From: Nemertoderma westbladi
Taxonomy: Eukaryota > Animalia > Xenacoelomorpha
DNA length: 64,000 bases
Direction of reading: 5' to 3'
NCBI GenBank assembly: GCA_032718475.1
Contig: JAUCBJ010005507.1
Location: forward strand, 5,024-69,023
Shown here: positions 1 through 11,756 of the stretch, one piece after another
How positions within the stretch are numbered: position 1 is the stretch's first letter
Layout: the number at the start of each line of letters is the position of its first letter
Made by a program: the position numbers and the translations under genes
The notes under the pieces: generated by a model
Told to the model about the DNA's origin: nothing
What the model saw: the letters and a program-made list of their open reading frames with translations, nothing else
The model's database searches: none

Positions 1-1947
1 GTATTTTATTGGAATTATTCCCGTATTGCTCACACACCTGTATACTTGGGGACCAGGAGTGAGTCCTGTCAGTATTTTATTGGATTTATTCCCGTATTGC
101 TCACACACCTGTATACTTGGGGACCAGGAGTGAGTCCTGGCAGTATTTTATTGGAATTATTCCCGTATTGCTCACACACCTGTATACTTGGGGACCAGGA
201 GTGAGTCCTGTCAGTATTTTATTGGAATTATTCCCGTATTGCTCACACACCTGTATACTTGGGGACCAGGAGTGAGTCCTGTCAGTATTTTATTGGATTT
301 ATTCCCGTATTGCTCACACACCTGTATACTTGGGGACCAGGAGTGAGTCCTGTCAGTATTTTATTGGAATTATTCCCGTATTGCTCACACACCTGTATAC
401 TTGGGGACCAGGAGTGAGTCCTGTATGTATTTTATTGGAATTATTCCCGTATTGCTCACACACCTGTATACTTGGGGACCAGGAGTGAGTCCTGGCAGTA
501 TTTTATTGGAATTATTCCCGTATTGCTCACACACCTGTATACTTGGGGACCAGGAGTGAGTCCTGTCAGTATTTTATTGGAATTATTCCCGTATTGCTCA
601 CACACCTGTATACTTGGGGACCAGGAGTGAGTCCTGGCAGTATTTTATTGGAATTATTCCCGTATTGCTCACACACCTGTATACTTGGGGACCAGGAGTG
701 AGTCCTGGCAGTATTTTATTGGAATTATTCCCGTATTGCTCACACACCTGTATACTTGGGGACCAGGAGTGAGTCCTGGCAGTATTTTATTGGAATTATT
801 CCCGTATTGCTCACACACCTGTATACTTGGGGACCAGGAGTGAGTCCTGTCTGTATTTTATTGGAATTATTCCCGTATTGCTCACACACCTGTATACTTG
901 GGGACCAGGAGTGAGTCCTGTCTGTATTTTATTGGAATTATTCCCGTATTGCTCACACACCTGTATACTTGGGGACCAGGAGTGAGTCCTGTCTGTATTT
1001 TATTGGAATTATTCCCGTATTGCTCACACACCTGTATACTTGGGGACCAGGAGTGAGTCCTGGCAGTATTTTATTGGAATTATTCCCGTATTGCTCACAC
1101 ACCTGTATACTTGGGGACCAGGAGTGAGTCCTGGCAGTATTTTATTGGAATTATTCCCGTATTGCTCACACACCTGTATACTTGGGGACCAGGAGTGAGT
1201 CCTGGCAGTATTTTATTGGAATTATTCCCGTATTGCTCACACACCTGTATACTTGGGGACCAGGAGTGAGTCCTGGCAGTATTTTATTGGAATTATTCCC
1301 GTATTGCTCACACACCTGTATACTTGGGGACCAGGAGTGAGTCCTGGCAGTATTTTATTGGAATTATTCCCGTATTGCTCACACACCTGTATACTTGGGG
1401 ACCAGGAGTGAGTCCTGGCAGTATTTTATTGGAATTATTCCCGTATTGCTCACACACCTGTATACTTGGGGACCAGGAGTGAGTCCTGGCAGTATTTTAT
1501 TGGAATTATTCCCGTATTGCTCACACACCTGTATACTTGGGGACCAGGAGTGAGTCCTGGCAGTATTTTATTTGAATTATTCCCGTATTGCTCACACACC
1601 TGTATACTTGGGGACCAGGAGTGAGTCCTGGCAGTATTTTATTGGAATTATTCCCGTATTGCTCACACACCTGTATACTTGGGGACCAGGAGTGAGTCCT
1701 GTCTGTATTTTATTGGAATTATTCCCGTATTGCTCACACACCTGTATACTTGGGGACCAGGAGTGAGTCCTGTCTGTATTTTATTGGAATTATTCCCGTA
1801 TTGCTCACACACCTGTATACTTGGGGACCAGGAGTGAGTCCTGTCTGTATTTTATTGGAATTATTCCCGTATTGCTCACACACCTGTATACTTGGGGACC
1901 AGGAGTGAGTCCTGTCTGTATTTTATTGGAATTATTCCCGTATTGCT
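1..1947 (-). repeat. 71-bp minisatellite (~27 copies, continues off window edge); unit = last 64 nt of exon 1884-2034 + donor GTGTGTG
   Basis: Period 71 (gtattttatt at 1, 72, 143...). Minus-strand unit agcaatacgggaataattccaataaaatacagacaggactcactcctggtccccaagtatacag|gtgtgtg matches the exon end. Confidence 0.95.
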
Positions 1948-2034
1948 GAGAAGGTTTAGGAACTTCTTCGTGCGCTAATCTTTCAAACTTCTGGAGAGCG
2001 GCGTTTTTCGATTCTTGGGCTGCCCGAATTTCCT
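1884..2034 (-). CDS. Exon of large minus-strand gene (EEIRAAQESKNAALQKFERLAHEEVPKPSQQYGNNSNKIQTGLTPGPQVY..)
   Basis: Acceptor tgtgtttag| at 2035-2036; donor CAG|GTGTGT at 1883; phase 1 in, matching upstream exon 2268-2374. Confidence 0.8.
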
Positions 2035-2267
2035 CTAAACACAATAATAATAGATTATAATCACCGAATTTAAACCAATACGAAATAACTTTATATTTGA
2101 TGCTCTAAATTAGAAACGTCTTACAAAGTTTCATAAGCAGTTGAGTGGAATAAAACAGAGAACCTTGCCGTGTTCTATAATAACCGTTCTCACTCCCGAT
2201 AGTAACATCTTAGTACCAAAACCCTGCACCACACTGCATATACGACCGTAGGTACTGCTCAACTAAC

Positions 2268-2374
2268 CCGCGTTCGTCCGATCAACATGAACGTTATCCT
2301 GTTCCCTTGGTTCCTCGAACCTCTGCATCACCGAACGCAGACCGCCTTCCACAGTCGGAGGAAGTTCGCCTTCC
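2268..2374 (-). CDS. Exon of large minus-strand gene (PEGELPPTVEGGLRSVMQRFEEPREQDNVHVDRTNA)
   Basis: Acceptor gttttcag| at 2375-2376; donor GG|GTTAGT at 2267; phase 2 in / phase 1 out fit both neighbours. Confidence 0.8.
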
Positions 2375-2416
2375 CTGAAAACAATAAACCCATAGACTAC
2401 TGAGTGCGGAACTCAC

Positions 2417-2609
2417 CTATAGAGGGCGCGTTGAACTCTAATGGTTCGTCGAAACTATAACGAGTTGACATTTCGTCCCGCCAGGAGACCTTCCGAATGT
2501 AGCGGGTAGGATGAATGTCGGACTCGGACTCGGAACCGGAATCACAAGCGACTGGTACGATGTAGACAGGCACATCGTCCTCTATTATCGTACGTCCGTC
2601 CGCGTCCAT
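2417..2609 (-). CDS. Candidate alternative first exon (MDADGRTIIEDD...RKVSWRDE...NAPSI)
   Basis: ATG at 2609, open frame, strong donor TAG|GTGAGT at 2416 in phase 1, compatible with exon 1884-2034; no obvious upstream acceptor. Confidence 0.5.
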
Positions 2610-2854
2610 ATTGCACGAAACCCAATGGGAAATGTTCACCAAGTCACACAAATAATATTAAAATGACCCAAACCAAGTCACACAAATAATATTAAAATGA
2701 CCCAACTAACAATCAAGTTGTTTTAATTTTATTAACTTAGTGACATAACTAGTTCTTATCAGTTATTGAACCTTGCCCAGAACATTAGGGAGTAATTATT
2801 CTATCTTAAAACAAAGGAATTAATTAACAGAGTGTACAGTAAGAGATTACTCAC

Positions 2855-3260
2855 GGAGATGACTCATCCTTGTGACGTTGAATCTCCATAACAACGGGTT
2901 TGACATCATCTATTTGGGTGTGACTAGGAGGGGGGCTTTGTACGGGGCTGGGAGGGGGGCTCTCAGTCACATAGACTGCGTCGGCTGGGGGTGACCTGAC
3001 CACATCCACATAATGAGACTGATTCGTTGCTGGGAGAGACTGGTAAACCCGATCAGTAGAATCATTGAGGTTCTCATCCTTGGCAGCAGTGTCGTATTCT
3101 AGCTTATTCTCGTAGACCATCTCGTATGCGACTCCATCGTCAGTGGGTTGCCTGGTAACAGTGGAGCTGATCCTACGAATATCGACGTTTTCGTAAATGT
3201 CATCGTCGTCGCTAACATCTGGGATAATGTCACCGCCAGACGCCGATACGATAATCAGAT
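2855..3260 (-). CDS. Exon of large minus-strand gene (DLIIVSASGGDIIPDVSDDDDIYENV...RHKDESSP), acidic with Tyr motifs and Pro-rich patch
   Basis: ORF 2851-3315; acceptor ttccttgtggcag| at 3261-3262; donor CC|GTGAGT at 2854; phases fit. Confidence 0.85.
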
Positions 3261-3320
3261 CTGCCACAAGGAAAAAATAATTAGTTATTAATGTAGTTTG
3301 GTTTATTAATAACATAACGG

Positions 3321-6300
3321 AGTGTCCCCTCTCTCACCATACAACCCACCTCTCTCATCCTCTGGTGGTGTCTCCCTTCTCTCCCCATACAACCTACCTC
3401 TCTCATCCTCTGGTGGTGTCTCCCCTCTCTCCCCATACAACCTACCTCTCTCATCCTCTGGTGGAGTCTCCCTTCTCTCCCCATACAACCTACCTCTCTC
3501 ATCCTCTGGTGGAGTCTCCCCTCTCTCCCCATACAACCTACTTCTCTCATCCTCTGGTGGTGTCTCCCTTCTCTCCCCATACAACCTACCTCTCTCATCC
3601 TCTGGTGGAGTCTCCCCTCTCTCCCCATACAGCCTACCTCTCTCATCCTCTGGTGGAGTCTCCCCTCTCTCCCCATACAACCCACCTCTCTCATCCTCTG
3701 GTGGTGTCTCCCTTCTCTCCCCATACAACCTACCTCTCTCATCCTCTGGTGGAGTCTCCTTTCTCTCCCCATAAAACCTACCTCTCTCATCCTCTGGTGG
3801 AGTCTCCCTTCTCTCCCCATACAACCTACCTCTCTCATCCTCTGGTGGAGTCTCCCCTCTCTCCCCATACAACCTACTTCTCTCATCCTCTGGTGGTGTC
3901 TCCCTTCTCTCCCCATACAACCTACCTCTCTCATCCTCTGGTGGAGTCTCCCCTCTCTCCCCATACAACCTACCTCTCTCATCCTCTGGTGGAGTCTCCC
4001 TTCTCTCCCCATACAACCTACTTCTCTCATCCTCTGGTGGTGTCTCCCTTCTCTCCCCATACAACCTACCTCTCTCATCCTCTGGTGGAGTCTCCCCTCT
4101 CTCCCCATACAACCTACCTCTCTCATCCTCTGGTGGAGTCTCCCTTCTCTCCCCATACAACCTACCTCTCTCATCCGCTGGTGGAGTCTCCCCTCTCTCC
4201 CCATACAACCCACCTCTCTCATCCGCTGGTGGTGTCTCCCTTCTCTCCCCATACAACCTACCTCTCTCCCCATACAACCCACCTCTCTCATCCGCTGGTG
4301 GAGTCTCCCCTCTCTCCCCATACAACCCACCTCTCTCATCCGCTGGTGGTGTCTCCCTTCTCTCCCCATACAACCTACCTCTCTCCCCATACAACCCACC
4401 TCTCTCATCCTCTGGTGGAGTCTCCCTTATCTCCCCATACAACCTACCTCTCTCATCCTCTGGTGGTGTCTCCCTTCTCTCCCCATACAACCTACCTCTC
4501 TCATCCTCTGGTGGTGTCTCCCTTCTCTCCCCATACAACCTACCTCTCTCATCCTCTGGTGGAGTCTCCCTTCTCTCCCCCATACAACCCACCTCTCTCA
4601 TCCTCTGGTGGAGTCTCCCTTCTCTCCCCATACAACCTACCTCTCTCATCCGCTGGTGGTGTCTCCCTTCTCTCCCCATACAACCTACCTCTCTCATCCT
4701 CTGGTGGAGTCTCCCTTCTCTCCCCATACAACCTACCTCTCTCATCCTCTGGTGGTGTCTCCCTTCTCTCCCCATACAACCTACCTCTCTCATCCTCTGG
4801 TGGTGTCTCCCTTCTCTCCCCATACAACCTACCTCTCTCATCCTCTGGTGGAGTCTCCCTTCTCTCCCCCATACAACCCACCTCTCTCATCCTCTGGTGG
4901 AGTCTCCCTTCTCTCCCCATACAACCTACCTCTCTCATCCGCTGGTGGTGTCTCCCTTCTCTCCCCATACAACCTACCTCTCTCATCCTCTGGTGGAGTC
5001 TCCCTTCTCTCCCCATACAACCTACCTTTCTCATCCTCTGGTGGAGTCTCCCTTCTCTCCCCCTACAACCCACCTCTCTCATCCTCTGGTGGAGTCTCCC
5101 TTCTCTCCCCATACAACCTACCTCTATCATCCTCTGGTGGAGTCTCCCTTCTCTCCCCATACAACCTACCTCTCTCATCCTCTGGTGGAGTCTCCCTTCT
5201 CTCCCCATACAACCTACCTTTCTCATCCTCTGGTGGAGTCTCCCTTCTCTCCCCCTACAACCCACCTCTCTCATCCTCTGGTGGTGTCTCCCCTCTCTCC
5301 CCATACAACCTACCTCTCTCATCCTCTGGTGGAGTCTCCTTTCTCTCCCCATACAACCTACCTCTCTCATCCTCTGGTGGTGTCTCCCCTCTCTCCCCAT
5401 ACAACCTACCTCTCTCATCCTCTGGTGGAGTCTCCCTTCTCTCCCCATACAACCTACCTCTCTCATCCTCTGGTGGAGTCTCCCCTCTCTCCCCATACAA
5501 CCTACTTCTCTCATCCTCTGGTGGTGTCTCCCTTCTCTCCCCATACAACCTACCTCTCTCATCCTCTGGTGGAGTCTCCCCTCTCTCCCCATACAACCTA
5601 CCTCTCTCATCCTCTGGTGGAGTCTCCCCTCTCTCCCCATACAACCCACCTCTCTCATCCTCTGGTGGTGTCTCCCTTCTCTCCCCATACAACCTACCTC
5701 TCTCATCCTCTGGTGGAGTCTCCTTTCTCTCCCCATAAAACCTACCTCTCTCATCCTCTGGTGGAGTCTCCCTTCTCTCCCCATACAACCTACCTCTCTC
5801 ATCCTTTGGTGGAGTCTCCCCTCTCTCCCCATACAACCTACTTCTCTCATCCTCTGGTGGTGTCTCCCTTCTCTCCCCATACAACCTACCTCTCTCATCC
5901 TCTGGTGGAGTCTCCCCTCTCTCCCCATACAACCTACCTCTCTCATCCTCTGGTGGAGTCTCCCTTCTCTCCCCATACAACCTACTTCTCTCATCCTCTG
6001 GTGGTGTCTCCCTTCTCTCCCCATACAACCTACCTCTCTCATCCTCTGGTGGAGTCTCCCCTCTCTCCCCATACAACCTACCTCTCTCATCCTCTGGTGG
6101 AGTCTCCCCTCTCTCCCCATACAACCCACCTCTCTCATCCTCTGGTGGAGTCTCCCTTCTCTCCCCCTACAACCCACCTCTCTCATCCTCTGGTGGAGTC
6201 TCCCCTCTCTCCCCATACAACCTACCTCTCTCATCCTCCGGTGGTGTCTCCCTTTTCTCCCCATACAACCCACCTCTCTCATCCTCTGGTGGAGTCTCCC

Positions 6301-6651
6301 TTCTCTCCCCATACAACCTACCTCTCTCATCCTCCGGTGGTGTCTCCCTTTTCTCCCCATACAACCCACCTCTCTCATCCTCTGGTGGAGTCTCCCTTCT
6401 CTCCCCCTACAACCCACCTCTCTCATCCTCTGGTGGAGTCTCCCCTCTCTCCCCATACAACCTACCTCTCTCATCCTCCGGTGGTGTCTCCCTTTTCTCC
6501 CCATACAACCCACCTCTCTCATCCTCTGGTGGAGTCTCCCTTCTCTCCCCCTACAACCCACCTCTCTCATCCTCTGGTGGAGTCTCCCCTCTCTCCCCAT
6601 ACAACCCACCTCTCTCATCCTCCGGTGGTGTCTCCCTTTTCTCCCCATACA
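3321..6651 (-). repeat. 48-bp minisatellite (~69 copies); unit = exon tail + donor (GAGAG|GTAGGT/GTGGGT), reads YGERRETPPEDERGRL
   Basis: Period 48 (ccccatacaa at 3431, 3479...). First unit overlaps exon 6610-6730. Confidence 0.95.
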
Positions 6652-6730
6652 CTTCGTATGAATGATCGGACAACGAATCAACTTCCAATTCCCCCACAAC
6701 GTTTTCTTCTCTTTCTCCGGAATCGATCGA
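6610..6730 (-). CDS. Exon of large minus-strand gene (SIDSGEREENVVGELEVDSLSDHSYEVYGEKRETPPEDER)
   Basis: Acceptor ttttcccttaaattag| at 6731-6732; donor GAG|GTGGGT at 6609; phase 0 in, phase 1 out, joins G|AT of exon 3260. Confidence 0.8.
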
Positions 6731-7337
6731 CTAATTTAAGGGAAAATAATAATAAATTACAAAATAATCAAACTCGAAATTATGAATTTAAGTTACTTAA
6801 TTGTAATGTAACATTAATTAACCTACTGGTTGACTCATATTAAACGAAATACTAATAAAAGATTTAATTAAAAAATGGTTAAACCAAATTAAATAATCGC
6901 TGTTTTATAACATGTAATTAAAATAAGAAAAATCAATTATGGGAGTATTTGTTAGTTTGATTGAATCAAAGAGTTAGTTTATCAAACCATCACAAATTAT
7001 TGAATCATACAATATTAGTGCATTTAATAATGTTGCATCATCACAAATTATTGAATGATTGTTAGTGAATTTATCAATCTTGTATTATCACAAATTATAT
7101 CAAAGTGAATTGAATCATACACTATTAATGCATTCATCATTTATAAATTTTACACTCATTACGCCCACACTCATTATTCTCAATAAAGATATTGTTTGAC
7201 CAAAAAGCTGTAATATTAGTTCACCAACTTAACACATGCAATTATATATTGCCAATATTACGACGAGTTACAAAAAGAGCAAAAGTATCGAAAACAATCG
7301 GATATCCCACCAGCATGCCAAAATGTCCAACCTCTAT

Positions 7338-8035
7338 AGATAATGGCAGAACGAATTGGCCAAGCAAATATCTTCATCGATAATGGCAAAACGAGTTGGA
7401 AAAGCAAATAATCTTCTTTGATAATGGCAGAACGAATTGGCGAAGCAAATAATCTCCCTCGACGATGGCATAACGAAATAATTTTCTTCGGTAATGGCAA
7501 AACAAGTTTGCAAAGCAAATAATCTTCTTTGATAATGGCAGAACGAATTGGCAACGCAAACAATCTTATTTGATAACGGCAGAACGAATTGGCGAAGCAA
7601 ATATCTTCATCGACAATGGCAAAACGAGTTGGAAAAGCAAATAATCTTCTTTGATAATGGCAGAACGAATTGGCGAAGCAAATAATCTCCCTCGACGATG
7701 GCATAACGAAATAATTTTCTTCGATAATGGCAAAACGAGTTTGCAAAGCAAATAATCTTCTTTGATAATGGCAGAACGAATTGGCAAAGCAAACAATCTT
7801 ATTTGATAACGGCAGAACGAATTGGCAAAGCAAATATCTTCATCGATAATGGCAAAACGAGTTGGAAAAGCAAATAATCTTCTTTGATAATGGCAGAACG
7901 AATTGGCGGAGCAAATAATCTCCCTCGACGATGGCATAACGAAATAATTTTCTTCGATAATGGCAAAACGAGTTTGCAAAGCAAATAATCTCCTTTGATA
8001 ATGTCAAACGAAATAATATCCTACGATAATGACAA
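7338..8035. repeat. Higher-order tandem repeat: ~39-bp subunits (gataatggcagaacgaattggc...) in a 233-bp unit x3; possibly TE subterminal repeats
   Basis: atatcttcatcga at 7368, 7601, 7834. Confidence 0.85.
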
Positions 8036-8391
8036 ACACGAATTACCAATGTAAATAAAATCATCCCATGAGAAAGATATTCCTATCAATTACGGCGGAG
8101 TATAAAATTATAAAAATTAATGAAGTTCAAGTTAAAGCTAAACCGGCAGCTCCTTGTAAGTAAACAGTATCACCCTGGCAACAGGAGGTCAAAGCGTTAT
8201 CATATAAATATAAACCGAAAATAAATTGTTAATGAACTAATAATGCATCATCATTATTGAGAGCATATAAAGCATTATTGAGAGCATATAAAGCTATAAT
8301 AATATTCGCTATAAATAATTGCGCAAACAAAATATACAGAATAAATAGAAAATCAGTTGGACTGGATGGAGTTTTCAGACAGGTGCGGTTC

Positions 8392-11025
8392 TCATCTGGG
8401 ACTGGTGGGGCTCAATGGAGTGTCCGAGCCATTGGAAGAGGCGCTGGTAGACCGCAGTGCAGTAAACCGACGGACCTTCAGCTGCGGTACGGTTCGCTCT
8501 ACCTCTTTCGGTTTGTAACACGTCTCCAGGATGGCCTTTGTATTGAGTTTACGAACTTCAGCTGGCCTCTCTGAGAAGACCTCCTTGTCTGACTGATCCA
8601 ACAAGGTCTGTAGAATCGCGTCTTGATTTAGTTTACTAACTTCTCTCGGATTCTCTGTCGCCACCGCTGGGGCGGAGGATTTAGGCTGGAAAGCCAAAAG
8701 GTCTAATTTGTTGACAGAAATCGAATTATCCGTGGTTCTGGAATGGCTCGTATTGGTTTCAAGAAATAAACCCAGCGTCTCATTGGATAATCGACTAACA
8801 TCCAGACCATTGGATGTCCTTGACACATCTTGAATATCACGTGTCTCAGAAAACGTAGACAAAGCATTCATGTTAAGCTTTCTCACTTCTAAAACTTCCC
8901 TTTCCACAACAGAATTGTTCTGGAACATATTATTTATATTGGATTTATCCAACTTTTGAGAAACATAAATTGGTTCCTTTTCATCGACGCTAACCTGCGA
9001 TGCCTTTAGCCAATCGGGGTTGACACGTTTACATTTTGGAGGCGGTTTTAAACCCAAAGATTCAGAATTCGAAGTATTTCCGTTGCTTTCTACGAATGCT
9101 CCAATCACGGATGTATCCAACTTCCGTGGTGCCAGCGTGGCCCCTTCGCGGGAAATATTGGAACTTTCATTGTTTGCGAATAAGTTGCCTTCGCTTATGT
9201 TGAGTTTATTTGGTGTTGGTAAACTCTCCCTACGAGTTACACAGTTACTAACGTTACCAGAAAAACTACTAGTCACAGATGAATCTAACCTCTTAACTTC
9301 TCCAGTTTCCGCAGTCTTCGCAGTCGAATCATTCTCTGTTGGTTTAAAGGTAAATTTATCTAAACTGAGACGCTTGACGGGTTTAATCGGCCCATTTACT
9401 TCGGTTGACATATCGCCCTCAACTGGGTTGACGAAAGTATTTTTTATATCGCCGATATTTACACTAATAATATCTTCTTTTTCACCGCTTCGGTTTTCGC
9501 AAGTGGATTTGATATCAAATTTATTTACATCCAAAGGTTTAATATCGCTCGCTTTATCAGTTTGCCTCACATAAGCAACATGTTCGCCATCTAAGAATGG
9601 ATTCAGAGCATCTTTATTTAAAGATCGAACTTCCGGCACTTCAGTCTTATCAATAACCTTCGATGTATTGGAGAAACTCAACTCAGCAACATTCAACTTA
9701 CTCACTTGAGCAACTTCCCTTTTCTGTACATGCTCATTACTGGTATTTTGGAACACATCAATGGCGCTGCTGTCTAACTTCTTTGCATCTGGTACAACTT
9801 CTTGTTTAACATACTCCACGCTTTCAGTGAGCCGCTTCTCTATAAGAGATTTGTCGATCGTTTGCGACACGTAAATGGGCTCCTTCACCGCCGTTTCAGT
9901 GGTTCTTGAGAATTCCAGGAATTTTGGATCAATCTTTTTGGCCTTGGGAACGTTTTCCTGCTTAGCAACCACTATGGAAGATGGCTGTAGAAATGTTTCA
10001 ACCGAACTTCTATCCAACTTATTAACCTCAATTACTTCTTTACTAACTACTACATCACCATTAGACTCTTCAGTGAATTTTCTCAAAGACTGAGAACCAA
10101 TTTTATCTGGGGTCGTCTTGGAAACGTTTTCACCCTGTTCCGCAGATTTGAATTGGAACTTGGATGGGTCCAATTTCTTCGCCTCCGTCATCTCTGACCG
10201 CTCTTCCACATTACGAATGTTCTGGAACGTCTCAACAGCTGATACATCCAACTTCTTTACGGAAGACTCCTGTTTCTCAGCCATATGTTCTTTATTCTCA
10301 GTAAACACACTGATCGCCTCGCTATTCAGCTTACTAACGTTGACACTCTCAGACCTCTCCACAACTGACCACTGACCCCTCTTGGTAAATGTAGACATGA
10401 CGTCCCCGGAGAGTTTATTAACCTCCACTACTCCCTGTCTAGACACCTCGGGGGTCTCAATAAAGCTCTCGATTTTACTCAGGTTCAACTTATTAACAAC
10501 AACTCCCTCACTCCTGGGCGTGTCGATCTCCCCAACTTCCGTAAAGTTCTTCATCAGATGATTATCTAATCGATTAACAGTCAGCGATTCCGACTTAGTT
10601 ACCGTAGAAACCGACTCAGTAAACGCACTAATGGACCCGCTGTCAAGTCTCTTCACTTCCACATTCTCTCTCTCGCTATTCACTCCGCTCTGCTGCCTTA
10701 GAAACGCTAACTTATCGCCTGGCAACCGGTTGACCTCTATGGATTCCCTCCGGGGTGCATCGCTCGGCTGATCCGAGAATAAATCCGTGAGGTTTAATTT
10801 ATTAACCGAGGGACTTTCGCTTTTAGGGGCTGGTTCCGCCTCCAGTTCCCCCTCAAACGCGTCCATTTTCCCAGACCGCAATCTACGCGGTTTTATGACG
10901 TCACTCTTCTTGACTTTGGTGCGTTTTTTTTCCTGTGTGAGGAACCCCAACTTACTGGAATCCATCTTACTTACTTTGAGGTCCTTACCAGCTGAGGTCC
11001 AATAACGGAATTCGTCTTCATCGTA
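8392..11025 (-). CDS. Large exon (877 aa + stop) with many degenerate V/A-x-K/R-L-D/N-x(3-6)-F repeats; probable alternative terminal exon; short form 10975-11025 ends at donor AAA|GTAAGT
   Basis: 857-aa ORF extends in frame to acceptor ttccgtttacag| (11026-11027), YDEDEFRYWTSAGKDLK...; phase 0 matches exon 13005-13291. Confidence 0.85.
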   Translation of the reverse strand, partial: YDEDEFRYWTSAGKDLKVSKMDSSKLGFLTQEKKRTKVKKSDVIKPRRLRSGKMDAFEGELEAEPAPKSESPSVNKLNLTDLFSDQPSDAPRRESIEVNRLPGDKLAFLRQQSGVNSERENVEVKRLDSGSISAFTESVSTVTKSESLTVNRLDNHLMKNFTEVGEIDTPRSEGVVVNKLNLSKIESFIETPEVSRQGVVEVNKLSGDVMSTFTKRGQWSVVERSESVNVSKLNSEAISVFTENKEHMAEKQESSVKKLDVSAVETFQNIRNVEERSEMTEAKKLDPSKFQFKSAEQGENVSKTTPDKIGSQSLRKFTEESNGDVVVSKEVIEVNKLDRSSVETFLQPSSIVVAKQENVPKAKKIDPKFLEFSRTTETAVKEPIYVSQTIDKSLIEKRLTESVEYVKQEVVPDAKKLDSSAIDVFQNTSNEHVQKREVAQVSKLNVAELSFSNTSKVIDKTEVPEVRSLNKDALNPFLDGEHVAYVRQTDKASDIKPLDVNKFDIKSTCENRSGEKEDIISVNIGDIKNTFVNPVEGDMSTEVNGPIKPVKRLSLDKFTFKPTENDSTAKTAETGEVKRLDSSVTSSFSGNVSNCVTRRESLPTPNKLNISEGNLFANNESSNISREGATLAPRKLDTSVIGAFVESNGNTSNSESLGLKPPPKCKRVNPDWLKASQVSVDEKEPIYVSQKLDKSNINNMFQNNSVVEREVLEVRKLNMNALSTFSETRDIQDVSRTSNGLDVSRLSNETLGLFLETNTSHSRTTDNSISVNKLDLLAFQPKSSAPAVATENPREVSKLNQDAILQTLLDQSDKEVFSERPAEVRKLNTKAILETCYKPKEVERTVPQLKVRRFTALRSTSASSNGSDTPLSPTSPR

Positions 11026-11756
11026 CTGTAAACGGAAGTGACGTCATAAAAATAATTTGTTGGAATAAAAGTAAAGAATATATCCAACCAAACTGAAACA
11101 ATTGACATAGGTCGTTGCTAAGGAATATTATCTTTTCAAGGACTCAACTTTTAACAAATTAATTAAAGTCTCACAAGAAATGAGCTAAATAGAACCGAGT
11201 AGCCATGCTCTGATGTAATGGACAAAAAGTTACAGATTTATAAAACCTGGCTTAGACCGAGACGAGCATGTGGAATGTAGATTCTTAGGTTACGGCCTTA
11301 GGTGACTTGGTGTAACATGGAGGGATAGCCAGTTGCATATAAAATTAGACTTAATACAATGTTTTATGCAATGAGTAAAGGCTATGAAGTCATGTAAGCT
11401 ATGTAACGGCTATTAGGTATACTCTTTACATACAATTATAGATAATAAATACGGCGATACGGCGTTTTATCGCATATTTTTTTCTAATTTAATCGCAGCC
11501 CAATTCCCTTGTCCCGACAATATCGTTGGACATAGTTTGATTGTTTTCGAAAACATAGGACACACAGGATGAGATTGGCAAAGGCTTTAAAAAGAAACAA
11601 TTTAATCTAGAATATATTTTGAATATTCCTATATTACTCACAGACATGGAATAACCGAACTAAACGACCCTGAATATTTTGTAAGATAAGATTGGATAGT
11701 CTTAAGACTCTAAACAATAGTAACATGGGGTTCTACAATTCCTGTGAGTTAAACAC

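Noticed and set aside
1-1947. Regular repeat resembling a CRISPR array
   Set aside because: Head-to-tail units with no unique spacers, no cas genes, eukaryotic intron context.
3281-6843. Long ORFs (up to 1098 aa) on both strands
   Set aside because: By-products of a stop-poor 48-bp repeat; only the exon-frame first unit(s) are supported.
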